A stretch of 64,000 nt of DNA, taken from NCBI RefSeq assembly GCF_026571515.1, contig NW_026854483.1:1-64000 (forward strand). Reading direction: 5' to 3'. The first letter of the stretch is position 1, and every line of letters begins with the position of its first letter. Position numbers and translations under genes: made by a program. Origin of the DNA: Ruditapes philippinarum. Its lineage: Eukaryota. The notes under the pieces were generated by a model. That model did no database searches, was not told the DNA's origin, and saw only the letters and a program-made list of their open reading frames with translations. Positions 12,901-25,202 of this stretch are shown here, piece by piece.

Positions 12901-14234
12901 TCAAAGAAGAGTATAAAATTTCAACTTGTTTCAAAGCCAGATGTCAATAGAATATGAAAATATCTGAGGTGGTATGCAAACTTATTTGTAAATTCTAAGT
13001 CAAAAAAGGGGCATAATTCTGTCAAAATGCTTGATACAGTTACCTGTCAATGGACTTTGAAAATATTTGAGGTATTACAAAAACTTTAACGAAAATTCTA
13101 AGTCGAAAAAGGGGCATAATTCTGTCAAAATGCTTGATACAGTTACCTCCTCCTGTGTACAGGTTGGGATCATGATGGTGAACAAGTGTGCAAAGTTTCA
13201 AAGCCATATGTCAATGGACTTTGAAAATATTTGCGGTATTACAAAAACGTTAACGAAAATTCTAAGTCGAAAATGGGGCATAATTCTGCCAAATGCTTGA
13301 TACAGTTATCTCCTCCTGTGTACAGGTTGGGATCATGATGGTGAACAAGTGTGCAAAGTTTCAAAGCCATATGTCAATGGACTTTGAAAATATTCGAGAT
13401 ATTACAAAAACTTTAACATAAGTGGTTACGCCGACGCTCTGGTGACTACAATAGCTCTACTTATTCTTATCGAATAGTCGAGCTAAAAATTATAATGAAG
13501 TTAGCAAGATGTAAGAAAAAACAAACTCAAAATATAAAGTATTACTAAACTAAATTAAATTTTTCCATTATTTCATAGTTTTATGTATAAGCCTAAGGAA
13601 CAAGTTTCCTAAAGCATCCTTACAGCAGAGATGTTCCGTTTATCTATCTCTCTGTTGACAGGATTTTTTCACAGAAAGATGGGCTATAAAACTGACAACA
13701 CGGAGTTAGGAAAAAGTATCAGTAAATTTAGTAACCAAATGAAGAGATTTTAAGGATTTTCTTAAATATTATAATAACATTAAAAGTTTCTAGAAATAAG
13801 AATTATGACATATATATTATTCAGATAATTAAATAGAAAATCAAATTCAAGGGCTCATATGAAAGACCTGGGGAAACCATTATCAAAACTAGTGCTGAAT
13901 AAAATCCACAATACCCTTCTTCTTTACCTGCTTCTTTATTCTCCACACTTTCTTCTTGTATATCAGAGTCTTCTGACTTCTTTGTTAAATCTACATCTTC
14001 TACTCCTGAAGAATCCTTTGATTCTTTATCAATGACATCAGAAGTTTTAACCTCATCATCCAAAGTCTCTTTCTCAACCTTCTTGTCATCCAAGTTTTCT
14101 GCTTCTTTTCTGACTACATCATGTTCTGCTGTAGTTTCTACTTCCATATCTGACACACCTTCATCACCAGTTTCTTTGGAAGCAGATCTTGAGTCTGTAT
14201 CTTCTTTTTTTAACATGTCTTCAGATTTCTCCAT
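3931..14234 (-). CDS. CNST: consortin-like protein (TPR-like helical region, C-terminal TM anchor), ~416 aa, 10 coding exons
   Basis: Phase-compatible exons 14234-13928, 9535-9351, 8970-8940, 8517-8431, 7664-7559, 7251-7221, 6620-6512, 5262-5137, 4571-4506, 4133-3931 sum to 1251 nt with no stops. The segments LLPQCLRNIGDIYYGRDEFDKAISFIQAEKLYYE and SILRKRK..KKVRFDE..acidic..TM helix-LFC..C resemble my recollection of vertebrate consortin (LPxCLHQIAESYF..YEKAMKFIQLERLYHE; SILKRR..RRVRF..TM). Extra exons between 13928 and 9535 are not excluded. Confidence 0.8.
5900..6350 (+). mobile_element. old HINE-like repeat remnant
   Basis: Two decayed core repeats (TGACCTTGA..GAGCCAAGTTT..GAAAATC) followed by a GACT-type microsatellite. 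Boundaries approximate. Confidence 0.45.
7656..7940. repeat. ~22-bp minisatellite (~13 copies) derived from an intron/exon junction
   Basis: Unit ~TTACTTCATCTAAATATATATG; the first copy overlaps the exon 5 acceptor and identity decays with distance. Confidence 0.8.
8518..8939 (-). other. U12-type (minor spliceosome) GT-AG intron in the consortin-like gene
   Basis: 5' splice site GTATCCTTTT. Branch site TTTCCTTAAC ends 11 nt before the 3' splice junction, with no polypyrimidine tract. Phase 1; splicing restores the ORF. Confidence 0.88.
11330..11700 (+). mobile_element. probable degenerate LINE 3' end
   Basis: Ends in AATAAA followed by a (TATC)n tail. No intact ORF; boundaries uncertain. 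Confidence 0.3.
12078..12312. mobile_element. 235-bp palindromic MITE, Sola-like (copy 2)
   Basis: AAAT|GAG...CTC|AAAT; closely similar to 2558-2792. Confidence 0.8.
12743..13486 (+). mobile_element. HINE-like element with ~163-bp tandem repeats
   Basis: ACAAGAGCTGTC..CTCGACTATTC start, GAATAGTCGAGCTAA end; near-identical core repeats at ~13093 and ~13256. Confidence 0.75.
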
Positions 14235-15528
14235 GACTAAAATAATTATAACACAACTGTGTTAAGAGTATTGGAATTTTCTTTACTCATACATATTTCA
14301 AAAGTAAATAAAATTAAGAAGCATCAAGTCATTTTCTTCAAATCAAAAGTTTTTGAAGTTTACATATAAATTTTGAGCGTATAAATTTAATATCTTATTT
14401 TCAAATTAACCCTTGATAAATGTAATAAATGAACTTGCCGATCATCTGACACATATTATAACGGGACAGGCAAGCCACAACTGAAGATAAGTGATATATG
14501 TTAACTTTTCTTCCAAATAATGCACACTCGCCCAAATTTTATCTTGTTAATCCTTGTAAAAAGGGTATTTTTGTCACACTGTAAGCAGTGTCAATAAGCA
14601 AAATATTAGCTGTTTGTTGTAAGATTTTAACAGACTCAGTATTTATATATATTTTTTGTGTGCGATTTTATGAAAATTTAAATTATCACAAGTTAGATTT
14701 AGAAATACAAAAATTAGAAATGACAATATGACAAAGAATGCAAGCAAAGTATTGCCACACAAAGAAAGTCATATTAATGAGCAATGCACAAGTGAATACA
14801 ACAATGTTTATAACACATTATTTAAATGAAAACAAAACAAAACATCAAAAGGCACATGCAAATACACATATAATACATTTTAATTACATTCTAATATTTA
14901 ACAGAAGAAGAAATAATAAAAATTAAGGGGTAGGTGGGAGTGGCAAAATTGAAGAATAACTAATTGAATGTTTTGAAACTAAATGTATCCGACAAAAACT
15001 GTGTTTTTAACATTTAACGCCAAATAATGTAGGGATATAAAAATTAAAATTCAGGTGATGGACCCAGGGTAATTCGAATGACAACAACACCACTTAAAAA
15101 TAGATGATAATAAAAATCCTACATCAATCCATTTCAAAAGATTTTCTACATAAAAATGTTCTAAATGATCAATTTCTGTTTATAAACTTAGATGCTGAGA
15201 ACAACATTCCAAAACAAACATTTTATCTTCTCATTTCTTAATCCTGTCAATTTTGATAATCTGATACTGTCTAAAGCATGTTTCAAATAATTGTTTTATG
15301 TGGGGCTAGTCGTTATGGGGCATATTGTCAGTTATCAATTCTGTACCAATTATCTATGGGTCTCCGTCATTTGTCACCCTAAGTGCTAGTTTGAGGCAAG
15401 TCGAAACTAGAAAGGAAAATTATGACACGATATTTTCATCAATTTTAGCGGATGAAACCAAATTTATGTTACATTTCATTTGAAATTAACAAGCAAAAAG
15501 ATATAATGTAAAATAAAATTCTTTCTAC

Positions 15529-16005
15529 CTTTTCAAAAAGTACTAAAATGCCTGCAGTGAACGATAAAAGGGAAATTTTAGACTTGAGAAAATAATAGTT
15601 GTCAGATATCTTCCATGACAGGTAATTTGCTTTCGGCTCTCGTTGATTTCTTGCGTACTTCAGATTATTGAGCGGGGTACCAATTTGATCACAAGCGGTG
15701 TTGAGTATAAAGCGATCCTGGTGAAATGATCCCTATATGTCATATGACTAAACAGTGCTAAATAGGTACCTGCTAAATAGGACTTGTAATAAAGAAAAAA
15801 GTAACAGGGAGCTTCACCAGCTTTGCAGTAGGTGTATATTGCATAAAATTAAGTTGCAACTATTTTTTCTGATATAAATTAAATTAAATATTTGTGTTGT
15901 AGTATTAACAGACACCAGAATAATAAAAATTAAAACATTTTTAAATGTAACATGTTAGATATTTCAATAAATTAACAAATATCAATATTTTAAATATACA
16001 CAAAG
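15529..16005. promoter_or_regulatory. putative bidirectional promoter / 5' UTR exons of consortin-like and PLD3 genes
   Basis: Divergent genes whose ATG exons both start at acceptors (14236 minus; 17191 plus). Candidate UTR donors: minus AAG|GTAGAA at 15528, plus CAG|GTAATT at 15622 or AAG|GTAAGT at 16006. Local rise in CpG. Confidence 0.45.
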
Positions 16006-16709
16006 GTAAGTAAGCTATTGTAGAAAATTGATGTCTATTAAAGCATTAGATCTAGATGTAATGAAGCAAGAGTTTTCTTTTAAGATCTTTAAATGAATTA
16101 CAAGTAAGTGACATTCAAATATTTTTGACACTTTGTTCAGTTTAAAGGGGGGATAGAAGTAAGAGGGAGAAATTTTATCAGGGGTAATTAAATTCAGATA
16201 TTTATTACTATGTCCACAACACTACTACTAATTTCAACTTGAAACTATTAAATCATACAGTATGTCTAAGGGAATATAATTGTTGGTATATCACTGTTCA
16301 AGACACATAACTCTAGCAAGATTTTTACTAAATAAAACTCATTTGTTTTTTTCCCCCCAGAAAATTCCTGCCTCATCCTGGCCTTTCTTTCACTAATATT
16401 TAGTTGTCTGATTGGAAGCTTTTGTTTTTATTTTTCTTTTATTTCAAGTCCAAATGCAATCAGTATTGAATTTTTAGAATATAGCTTCTTTGATTTTAAA
16501 CACTGTTATAATAATCATCATCTTTGTGACATTTATTATTGATTTTTTTATATGAGAGGAGTCTCATTTATTTTGCAGATCATAAAATAATGTTATCGCA
16601 TATTTATTTTTAATATTTTTTCAATTTTTACCAATACTAATGATAAAAATAAAAACAGGTACAGAACTTAAAAAAGATTAATACACATAAGAACAAATTT
16701 GGGTTGCAA

Positions 16710-16996
16710 TGTTGCCTGGACTCTATATTGGGGTTATTTGTGACCAAAATAGGTCCAGACCAAAAAAACAGGTGACAATCCTTATATGTAGACAAGGGTT
16801 CCAACTCCAAAAAACGCAATTTTCACCCTTAGCTCAATGAGAAGCAAATTACTTGTATCCATTTTTCAAGCAAATTCTATATTTTTTTACGTGTACATGT
16901 AGCATACTTATTGTCTATTTATAAGGATTGTCACCTGTTTTTTTGGTCTGGACCTAGTTTTGGTCACAATACAATACATGTATAGAGTCCAGGCAC
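16710..16996. mobile_element. foldback MITE
   Basis: TGTGACCAAAATAGGTCCAGACCAAAAAAACAGGTGACAATCCTTATA at ~16739 is mirrored at ~16921-16968; outer arms TGCCTGGACTCTATA / TATAGAGTCCAGGCA. Confidence 0.65.
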
Positions 16997-17216
16997 CGTG
17001 CTCGAGAATGTATTCTTCATTTTATCTTAAAAAAGAAGTAGAGTTATTCATTGAACATTATAAATGTTAAGAGCTAACTACTTGTAATCTGTGTGATATT
17101 ATAAAGCTTTTTTTTCATTTGTAATTAATGACATTTATTTTAATTGAACATGAAAATTCTTCTATGATGATATACATCTTAACTCTACAGGACAATATAG
17201 ATCTAGTAGTGACAGA

Positions 17217-20200
17217 ATGAAGACTCAAGACGATAAAGAGAATTTGTTTGATGTTAAGAAGAAGGAAGAGAAATGGAAACTGGTTGTGTTGATTGTAGGC
17301 ATTATTGTCCTAGTGTTGGCTTTTGTCACAGTGATTGGCGTTGTTATATATATAATAACAGATAGATATAGTGCTGATAATCACCCAGATATAGATTTAA
17401 AATGTGACACAAACAATGATGCCTGTATGTAAGTAAAAGTCATCTTACCCACATTACATTCATCTCACCTCACACTAATGAACTGTTCAATTATTGTGTG
17501 TTTAAATATAATGAATTTTGACTAGACAATCTGTTTTTCATATATTGTCAACAAAGTAAGTTTAACTGATGAAGTTTAATTTAAATTTAAGCACAGTATT
17601 CATTTTATTTTAAAATTCATCCATGATTTTCTGTTGACATATTTAATCAAAACTTGTTTTTACTTCATAATATCTATTACCTCAAATTCTGTTATATATT
17701 AATTTTGTAAAAGTAGTTACATGTATGCAAATTTGTATATATTTTTTTAAAGTAAACACAATGGAAATAGAAGAGAACAAATTAGTCAAACACAAGGGTA
17801 GTCTGTAGACTGTTTATTACTAGATCTACCTTTTGCAGTCGTTCACTTAATTAAATCAATATATACCTTTAGACATTACAGATATATTAATGTTGGTTTT
17901 ACAGATATACTATGGTTGAAAGTATACCAGAAAATTTAACATATAACGCTGGAGAACCTTCACACCCATCAACATTCTCTGGTATACAGGATATTATATC
18001 AAAGGCGGAGAGTACTATAGAGATAGCAAGTTTCTACTGGACAATGAGACCTAATGACCTACCAGTCACTGACCCTTCCTCTTGGCAAGTAAGATATAAC
18101 CCTGCTAGTTATACTTTTATTATGAAATATGCTATGAGTGTTGTCGTTGGTAGTTTTCACTCCGGATAACGGCAGTAAGCTACATTGAATTTACCAGAGC
18201 ACAGTTCAGCCACCGCATCATTCCTGGGCAGGCTGTGAAGCAGTTTACCAGTACTAGCTGACTTCACTTTCACAAGGAACTGATTACTTCTTTACACTAT
18301 ATTTGTATAACGCTAATGACGTCACGTCAAAATATATGCACGGCCGTGCAATACCATATTTACGGAGTCGCAAAATCGGCACGGGTGTGTGATAAACATG
18401 TATATTTATGAAATCAGTCAGTTTAAGATAAAATACAAACTATACAAAGTAGTTTGTAGACTTTTAGCAAGTTTTTTTTATTGATGTGTTTCATCTTAAA
18501 ACAAGCACACTTAACTTCTTAATTATAATTATATATATATAAACATATACATTGTATATTGTTTGCTAAAAATTTACAGCTTGTCAAAACATGTTACACA
18601 CCATAAAACATTATGATAATTTAAGTTTTAACTTTTGAAGATCAACTGTGTGCATGCTACAGAGAGCCAGAACATGTGTGCAGTTGTACCACTGACTCCA
18701 ACCGTACCATTGGTACCTCAGTTTTAGTATGTTAATATTGAAATCCCTTAAACCACTGTACTATTGGACTGTTCCAATTTTAATGTATGATAAGTTCATT
18801 ATACAATAGGTTAATTCACTTTTTGGCAGGGTGAACAGTTATTCAATGATCTAGTGTTTGCTGGGAAAGAGAAAGGAATAAAGATAAGAATAGTTCAGAG
18901 TTATTCAAAGAAACCAATCAATGACACACTCTATCTAGCTAAAGAGGGTAAGCATAGTTTTACTCCATTGATCAGTTATAAAGATAGATTTTCCATATTA
19001 TCAAATACAGCCACTTTCTGGGAATCCCGAAAATATTGATATGGCTCGATGTGTGTGAAAATCTACATTTATTTTGTGATACTTCTTGACTGCTAGTCAT
19101 ATGTGTCACACAAGTATATAGCCAGGCAAGTCAATATATATAATTAGAATAATATATAATAAAATGCAAATGACATCACTTCAAAATATATGCATGACCA
19201 TGCAATACCAATTTTTACAGAGTGGCAAAAGGGGCATGGATATGTGATAAATCTACCTTTAAAGTTTGTCACTTTTGTTGAAATTTCAAAATTATGCTTA
19301 TATTCCTACATGCTTAATTGAATTTGTTGATTCATTTACAGCCTTACATCAGACATGTGTATTGATTTTACTTTTGCTTGTAACTTGATTCAAAAGAAAA
19401 TCAACAATATTTCCACTTTATGTTTAATGAATAGCTGGAGCTGAGGTGCGCAGTTTAGATTTTGACAGACTGTTACATAGCGGAATACTTCATACTAAAA
19501 TGTGGTTGGTGGACAGGAAACATTTTTACCTTGGTAGCGCAAATCTTGATTGGAGATCATTTACACAGGTAGTATTGAAGATTGAAATATTTTAAATAAT
19601 AACATAGTCCTACATCTTCAAAATAATGTATGTACAACTAAGAAGTACAAGTAAGGTATATTGATGAAACTAGCTTGTTACTGAAGACCCTCAAACTTGC
19701 ATTAAATTGGTAGCAATTCAAAGCAAAACAATCCAATACAAATATTATAAGTTAAAGGTTATGTATATATTATATAAATAATGATTACTATGGTGTAAAA
19801 TTGTTAATGTGTGTATTATGACAGGTAAAAGAGATGGGGTCTTTAGTAAGAAATTGTGATTGTCTAGCTGCTGATATAGGGAAGATATTTGATGCTTACT
19901 GGTACCTGGCAACACCAGATTCTAGCATTCCATCGTCATGGCCACCAGAATATAACACCATGTACAATATGTCATCACCAATGATAGTCAACTTTAATGG
20001 AACAAAGTACAACACATTCCTGTCTGTAAGTTACCATTTTATATATTTTGTTAATATAAGATTGTAATCAAATATTTCATCAAAATTCAAAAGTACAAGA
20101 TTTTGAAAAAAATGTAACAGATATTTCTTTGACATTTTTCTGTAGTATGATTATGAAAATTACATAAAACTTTTATTTTTAAATCAAATCATTGTTTATA

Positions 20201-23200
20201 TTCCAAGTGATCACAAAATAAGATAATAAGAAACTTTTTAAAGACATTCTTTGAAGAAGGACTATTAAGCCTTTCTTATGCAGTGACTAGTTCCTGATAA
20301 AGGCTACAGTAATTTGACTTTTAAATCACTTCATTTTGTGTTCATATTTTTTAAGTCCATTTCAGTCTTGTCTTTGTAATACAATTTCATATATCATTCA
20401 ACTAGCAGCATCTTTATATATGATACATCTTTCCTAGTGTAGATGCAAGAAGTTACTATGAGAAGAAAAACAATTTTTGAAAATATTGTATAGTGTTTTT
20501 TTTACATAGAAAGTGGTGTGTTTTTACTATATTTGTAATTTACAGAGTTCACCACCACCAATATGTCCTAGTGGTCGGTCTCAGGATGGAAGTACTATTG
20601 TACAGATCATAAATAATGCCAAGTCATATGTTCATATAGCAGTGATGGATTATTTCCCTACTACACAATTCTCACATCCTAGAATGTAAGTTAACACTAG
20701 TTTACATTACATAATGTACATGATTGCTCTTAAGTCCTACCTTAAGATTGATGTTCCTGTACGAAAATTAATGTGTATAGCCTATACAGTATTATCACAT
20801 ACCTGAATGGTTGTTTAGTTTATATAAACTATCAGCCATTCATACAATGAAGAAGGACCATACAACACTTTTTGTTTGTTTTGTAGGCTGGCCTGAATAT
20901 ACTGGTGACAAAGGCTAATCACTCCCAGTTCCATCAGATTAAGGGTTAAAACAATATATTTCATTCAGCTTGGCATTTATTTGTTTAGATTTAGACAAAC
21001 AACAGAAATAAAGCATGCATTGAATGGCTGTTTATGCCTGTAAAGGACAAATGTTAAATTTTATCTAGTGGCAATATTTAATGCAAGATATCCAAAAAAT
21101 TAATGACAATGGAATAAATGGTACCAAGACCCATCATGTTTTATACACATTTTTCTATAGATATTTAGGCCAGATATACATGTATATTTAATAAAAAAAT
21201 GTTTGAGATTAGAAAATGAGACACCTGTTTTTCCCAACTTTGTTCACATCTTGGAAATGTCTAGTGTACACATTTACAACCGGATAGCTTACAACAGTGA
21301 TGTATAAACAGATTAGCAAATCTTAGGGTCTGTGTCCAGATTTCAGATTAAAGTTTTTGTGCAGTAAATCATTTTTTACTATAATGTCTTTATTTCTTAA
21401 GGTATCAACTTCAAATATATAGTCCTTTATCATCAATCACATCTTTTTTGACAAGGTTCATAACTCTAGTAGCAATATTTCCAGAAAAGTCTCCCCTTGA
21501 ACTTAGATTTTTCCATTAAAAATGTTGTTCTTTAACTTCTTTAATTTTTAATGTATCTACTTCAAACCTCAAATATATATTCCTTATTATCACCAACATC
21601 ATAGTCAACAGTGAAAATAATACTCCTTTCCCTTTAACAGCCATTGATTCTGACATTTTGTTAAGGAAAAGTAAATCGGATATAAGTATAACCTTTTATA
21701 GTTTGAACAGGTTCAATATTATAAAACCATTTGACAAGTGTCCTCCATTTTTAAACGTAACAATTTTTGAGTAAGTTACATTAACAATGTCCAAATTTGA
21801 CAATATTGATATCACAAATTAAGTAGTACTTGCAGATAAACTACAGTGTCAGTAGTAAGTACTACATCAGCAAATAACTACATAAATATTTCTACAATAT
21901 CTGGTGAAATTTGTTTTCCACTCATTCCATTCTGTTTAAAAGAATCATACAAATCATTTATAATAACACTAAACAAAACAGGACTTAAATTGCAAGCCAG
22001 TCTTAATCTAACTTGACAATTAATAAAATCACTTTAATCTTTTCCATTTGTGACTTTTGTTAACATAACAAGCAATCTACCCCAAAGATCTTCAGTTTTC
22101 AAGCATAGTCATATTTAAATATTGGAAACAAAACAAGTTCTCTGATTTGTGAGACACTCCTTTCCTTCTGTAAAGTAGACCATTTTTCCTACTTAATTAT
22201 GTTTTTGTTAGCTACAACATCACATTTAATCAGTTCTTTCATTCAAATTTTATTGCTATATAGTTTCCTACTTCCAACATTTATTTAACAAGTATTTATA
22301 TTCCTGATTTGTCATACTTGATATAGTACATATAGCATGACATACTAGCCTCACATACTAGTAGATGATATTTGTGAAAAACTTTTGAATTACATAGACA
22401 ATTATTAATCAGAGGGTATATTTTCAGATACTGGCCAGATATAGATGATGCCATTAGGTCTGCAGCATTCAACAAACATGTAAATGTTAGACTATTATTT
22501 AGTTATTGGAATCATACATGGCCAGAAATGCTCATCTATTTAAGATCACTCCAGGCTCTGCAATACAGCTCTAAATATGTAAATGTCAACATAGAGGTGG
22601 TAGGTATACTCATGTCTACTTTCAAACTGCAGGAAAATTAGATATACCTGATACAGTTACACTGAAACAGGCATGATTCTGTTCTACCAAGATGTTTCCT
22701 AACATACATTGTTGTTTTTGTTGCTGTTTTTTTTTTCAAAAGAAAGTCAAGCACTTTGACTATTTTGACAACTTTGATTGCAAGATAATATTGTTCGCAC
22801 CTTTTTGGCTTGCAAGCCTTGGCAATGATTGCTGGTTAATTTGTATGTTTATGTTGATTACACAAAGCTTTTTAGCCTCATTATGCTTTTCTATGTGTAT
22901 TTGCATATTTTACTGATGACTGAATATTTTTAAGGGGCCTCCGTGGCCGAGTGGTTAAAGTCGTTGACTTGAGATCACAGGTCCCTCACCACTGTAGGTT
23001 CGATCCTCACTCGGGTCGAAATGTTTCATGTGAGGAAGCCATCCAGCTGGCTTACGTAAGGTCGGTGGTTCTACCCAGGTGCCCGCTCGTGCCTGAAATA
23101 ATGCCCTGAGGAGCACCTGGGGTCTTCCTCCACCAATAAAGCTGGAAAAAAATCGACGAAAAATCTCGGATGACCCGACTTGAGTGTAAGGTCGCCCATA

Positions 23201-25159
23201 TGGGCTTTTCGGCAGCGACCTTCAATAAACGCATCAAAAAAAAAAAAATGAATATTTTTGTTTCAGAGATTATTTGTAGTACCAGCATTTACTGATGCTC
23301 AGAGAAACATTCCATATGGCAGAGTTAACCATAACAAGTACATGGTTACTGATAAAACAGCTTACATAGGTATTGTATTATTTTTTGAAAAACTCTGGAA
23401 CCTTAACCCAGTTGGCAGCATCTGAATCTACCCATGTGACCAGTGCAGACTAAGATCAGGTGGCACGTCTGTCCTCTCTGATCATAGTCAGCACTTTTCA
23501 CTATTTGTTTTGTTTTGTTTTTGGGTTTTACGTCACATCGACACAGTATAGGTCATATCGCGACGTTCCAGCTTTACTGGTGGAGGAAGACCTCAGGTGC
23601 CCTTCCGTGCATTATTTCAGGCACGAACGGGCACCTGAGTAGAACCACCGACGTTCCGTAAGCTAGCTGGATAGCTTCCTCACATGAAATAATCCAAAGT
23701 CCCTGTCGGGATTCGAACCCACAGCGGTGAGGGGCAAGTGGTTTGAAGTAAACGACCTTAACCACTCGGCCACGGACGCCCCTTCACTATTTAATCAGTA
23801 CTTATTTTAAAATTTTCCTTAGAAATAATTAAGGGTTTTGTCTAGATTTAAAGATTGACAAGTCCATTTAAGAAATAAAGCATGGAAAGTGTTAATAGTC
23901 TATCATGTCTCATGCTGTGCAAGTACATATTTCTTAAGGTCCTTATCTAAAGAGTTTTAAGGTTTGAAAAAAAAACCTGCATTTATATACATAAGATAGG
24001 GCTTTTTTATATGCCCGAAAATTTTTGGTGTAAATTGCTTTGCACCTGGTCATCAGTTCGCCTGTAAGCAGTTCCTTGTTTGGTTTGTATCTTTTCAACT
24101 AATGGAAGGAAATTGAACTTACTTGGCAGAAATGATAACCATAATGAGATGACCTTCCTCAGGTCAAGGTCAAACTCAGTCATTTTGTATGAATTTCAAG
24201 ATCTTGTGACCACTCTGTATCTTTTGAACCAATAGAAAGAAGAAATGTTACTTATTATGAGGCGATGTGCAGAACACAGGTTTGTGACTAGATATCAAAC
24301 AAAATAGAGACAAAATAAGAATTTTTGTCAGAGACTTTATGTAAATTTAATGAATTGACCTGTTTTAAACAGTGAAATTATCAATTTGATAATTTCACTG
24401 TTTTGAATATTTGAGCCCGTTTCAGTGAAATACAAGCGTTCACAGTACTGGAAGCCAACTTAATGATGTGACGTCGTAAATGACGTCACCTTGTATTATT
24501 ATTTGGCGCCTTTTCCATTCAGTACTAGGTTAAAATGTCTTTTTAAATGTTTCTTTGCATATAATCAAAAGAAAATTTGTTTAGTTTAATGTAAGATGGA
24601 AATATATTTCACCTTGTGAACACCAAAAGTTCATATTTCACTCATGGCTGCGCCACTTGTGAAATATACCTTTTGGTGCCCACTCGGTGGAATATATTCC
24701 GATCTTACACTGAACTAAACATATATCCTCTATATCTTTATGGAAGAACAGTGGTTTTATTCAAGTGCCTGTTTATGTCTGAAAGGGCACCACCAGTAAA
24801 GTGGGAAAGTTGCCATATGACCGTTAAAAGTGTTGTGTGATTCAAACCCAACAAAAATATATATTATATAGATATGCATTGTATTGGATAAGTGTTATAA
24901 TTGTCCTTAGTTACTTAAAGTTGCTGTTTTGTTAGTCAACAATATTCAGTATCATAATCCATTTCATGTTTCAGGGACATCAAACTGGTCAGGTGATTAT
25001 TTTATTACAACTGGAGGTATAGGACTGGTTATAGATGGCAGTAACCAAGGCAACCAGAATGACATCAGAGCACAATTGGCTGCTGTGTTTGAGAGAGACT
25101 GGAACTCACAATATGCTAAACCTCTAAATCACTTTAACTCAACACTAACTCACACTTGA
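17217..25159 (+). CDS. PLD3: phospholipase D3/4 family lysosomal 5'-3' exonuclease, type II membrane protein, ~482 aa, 9 coding exons
   Basis: Exons 17217-17428, 17905-18088, 18830-18947, 19435-19568, 19825-20025, 20546-20685, 22428-22599, 23267-23369, 24975-25159 (1449 nt, GT-AG, in phase). N-terminal TM helix, VESIP, IASFYWT, HKD1 [27 protein letters not shown]2 [25 protein letters not shown]-terminal VFERDWNS. Confidence 0.95.
21700..22110 (-). pseudogene. highly decayed non-LTR retrotransposon reverse transcriptase fragment
   Basis: Minus strand near 21950-22020 reads ..[12 protein letters not shown].., resembling the RT motif GVRQGCxLSPxLF; interrupted by stops and frameshifts. Confidence 0.45.
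22932..23248 (+). mobile_element. tRNA-derived SINE (Meta-type core likely) with poly(A) tail
   Basis: A box TGGCCGAGTGG, B box GGTTCGATCC, core GAGGAAGCCATCCAGCTGGCTTACG..GTGGTTCTACCCAGGTGCCCG, AATAAA + A tail, TSD TGAATATTTTT (22921-22931 / 23249-23259). Confidence 0.85.
23507..23782 (-). mobile_element. tRNA-derived SINE (same core) with (AAAAC)n tail
   Basis: A and B boxes on the minus strand, same core, TSD TTCACTATTT (23497-23506 / 23783-23792). Confidence 0.88.
24365..24730. repeat. interspersed repeat with short palindromes
   Basis: AACAGTGAAATTATCAATTTGATAATTTCACTGTT palindrome and TATTTCACTCATGGCTGCGCCACTTGTGAAATA hairpin. A similar hairpin motif lies at ~29930-29960. Confidence 0.45.
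24740..24855 (+). mobile_element. degenerate SINE core/tail fragment
   Basis: Decayed similarity to the SINE core and tail of 23507-23782. Confidence 0.5.
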
Positions 25160-25202
25160 TGTAATCTGTATACTTCTATTGAAAACCATTCTACCTTGAT
25201 TA

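Noticed and set aside
13915-13915. Alternative donor GG|GTATTG for consortin coding exon 1
   Set aside because: Phase 2 does not match the phase-1 acceptor at 9535, so the donor at 13928 was preferred. It could be used only if an unseen intervening exon exists.
22934-23015. tRNA gene candidates (also 23700-23782)
   Set aside because: They are SINE heads: followed by core, tail and TSDs, with no proper cloverleaf.
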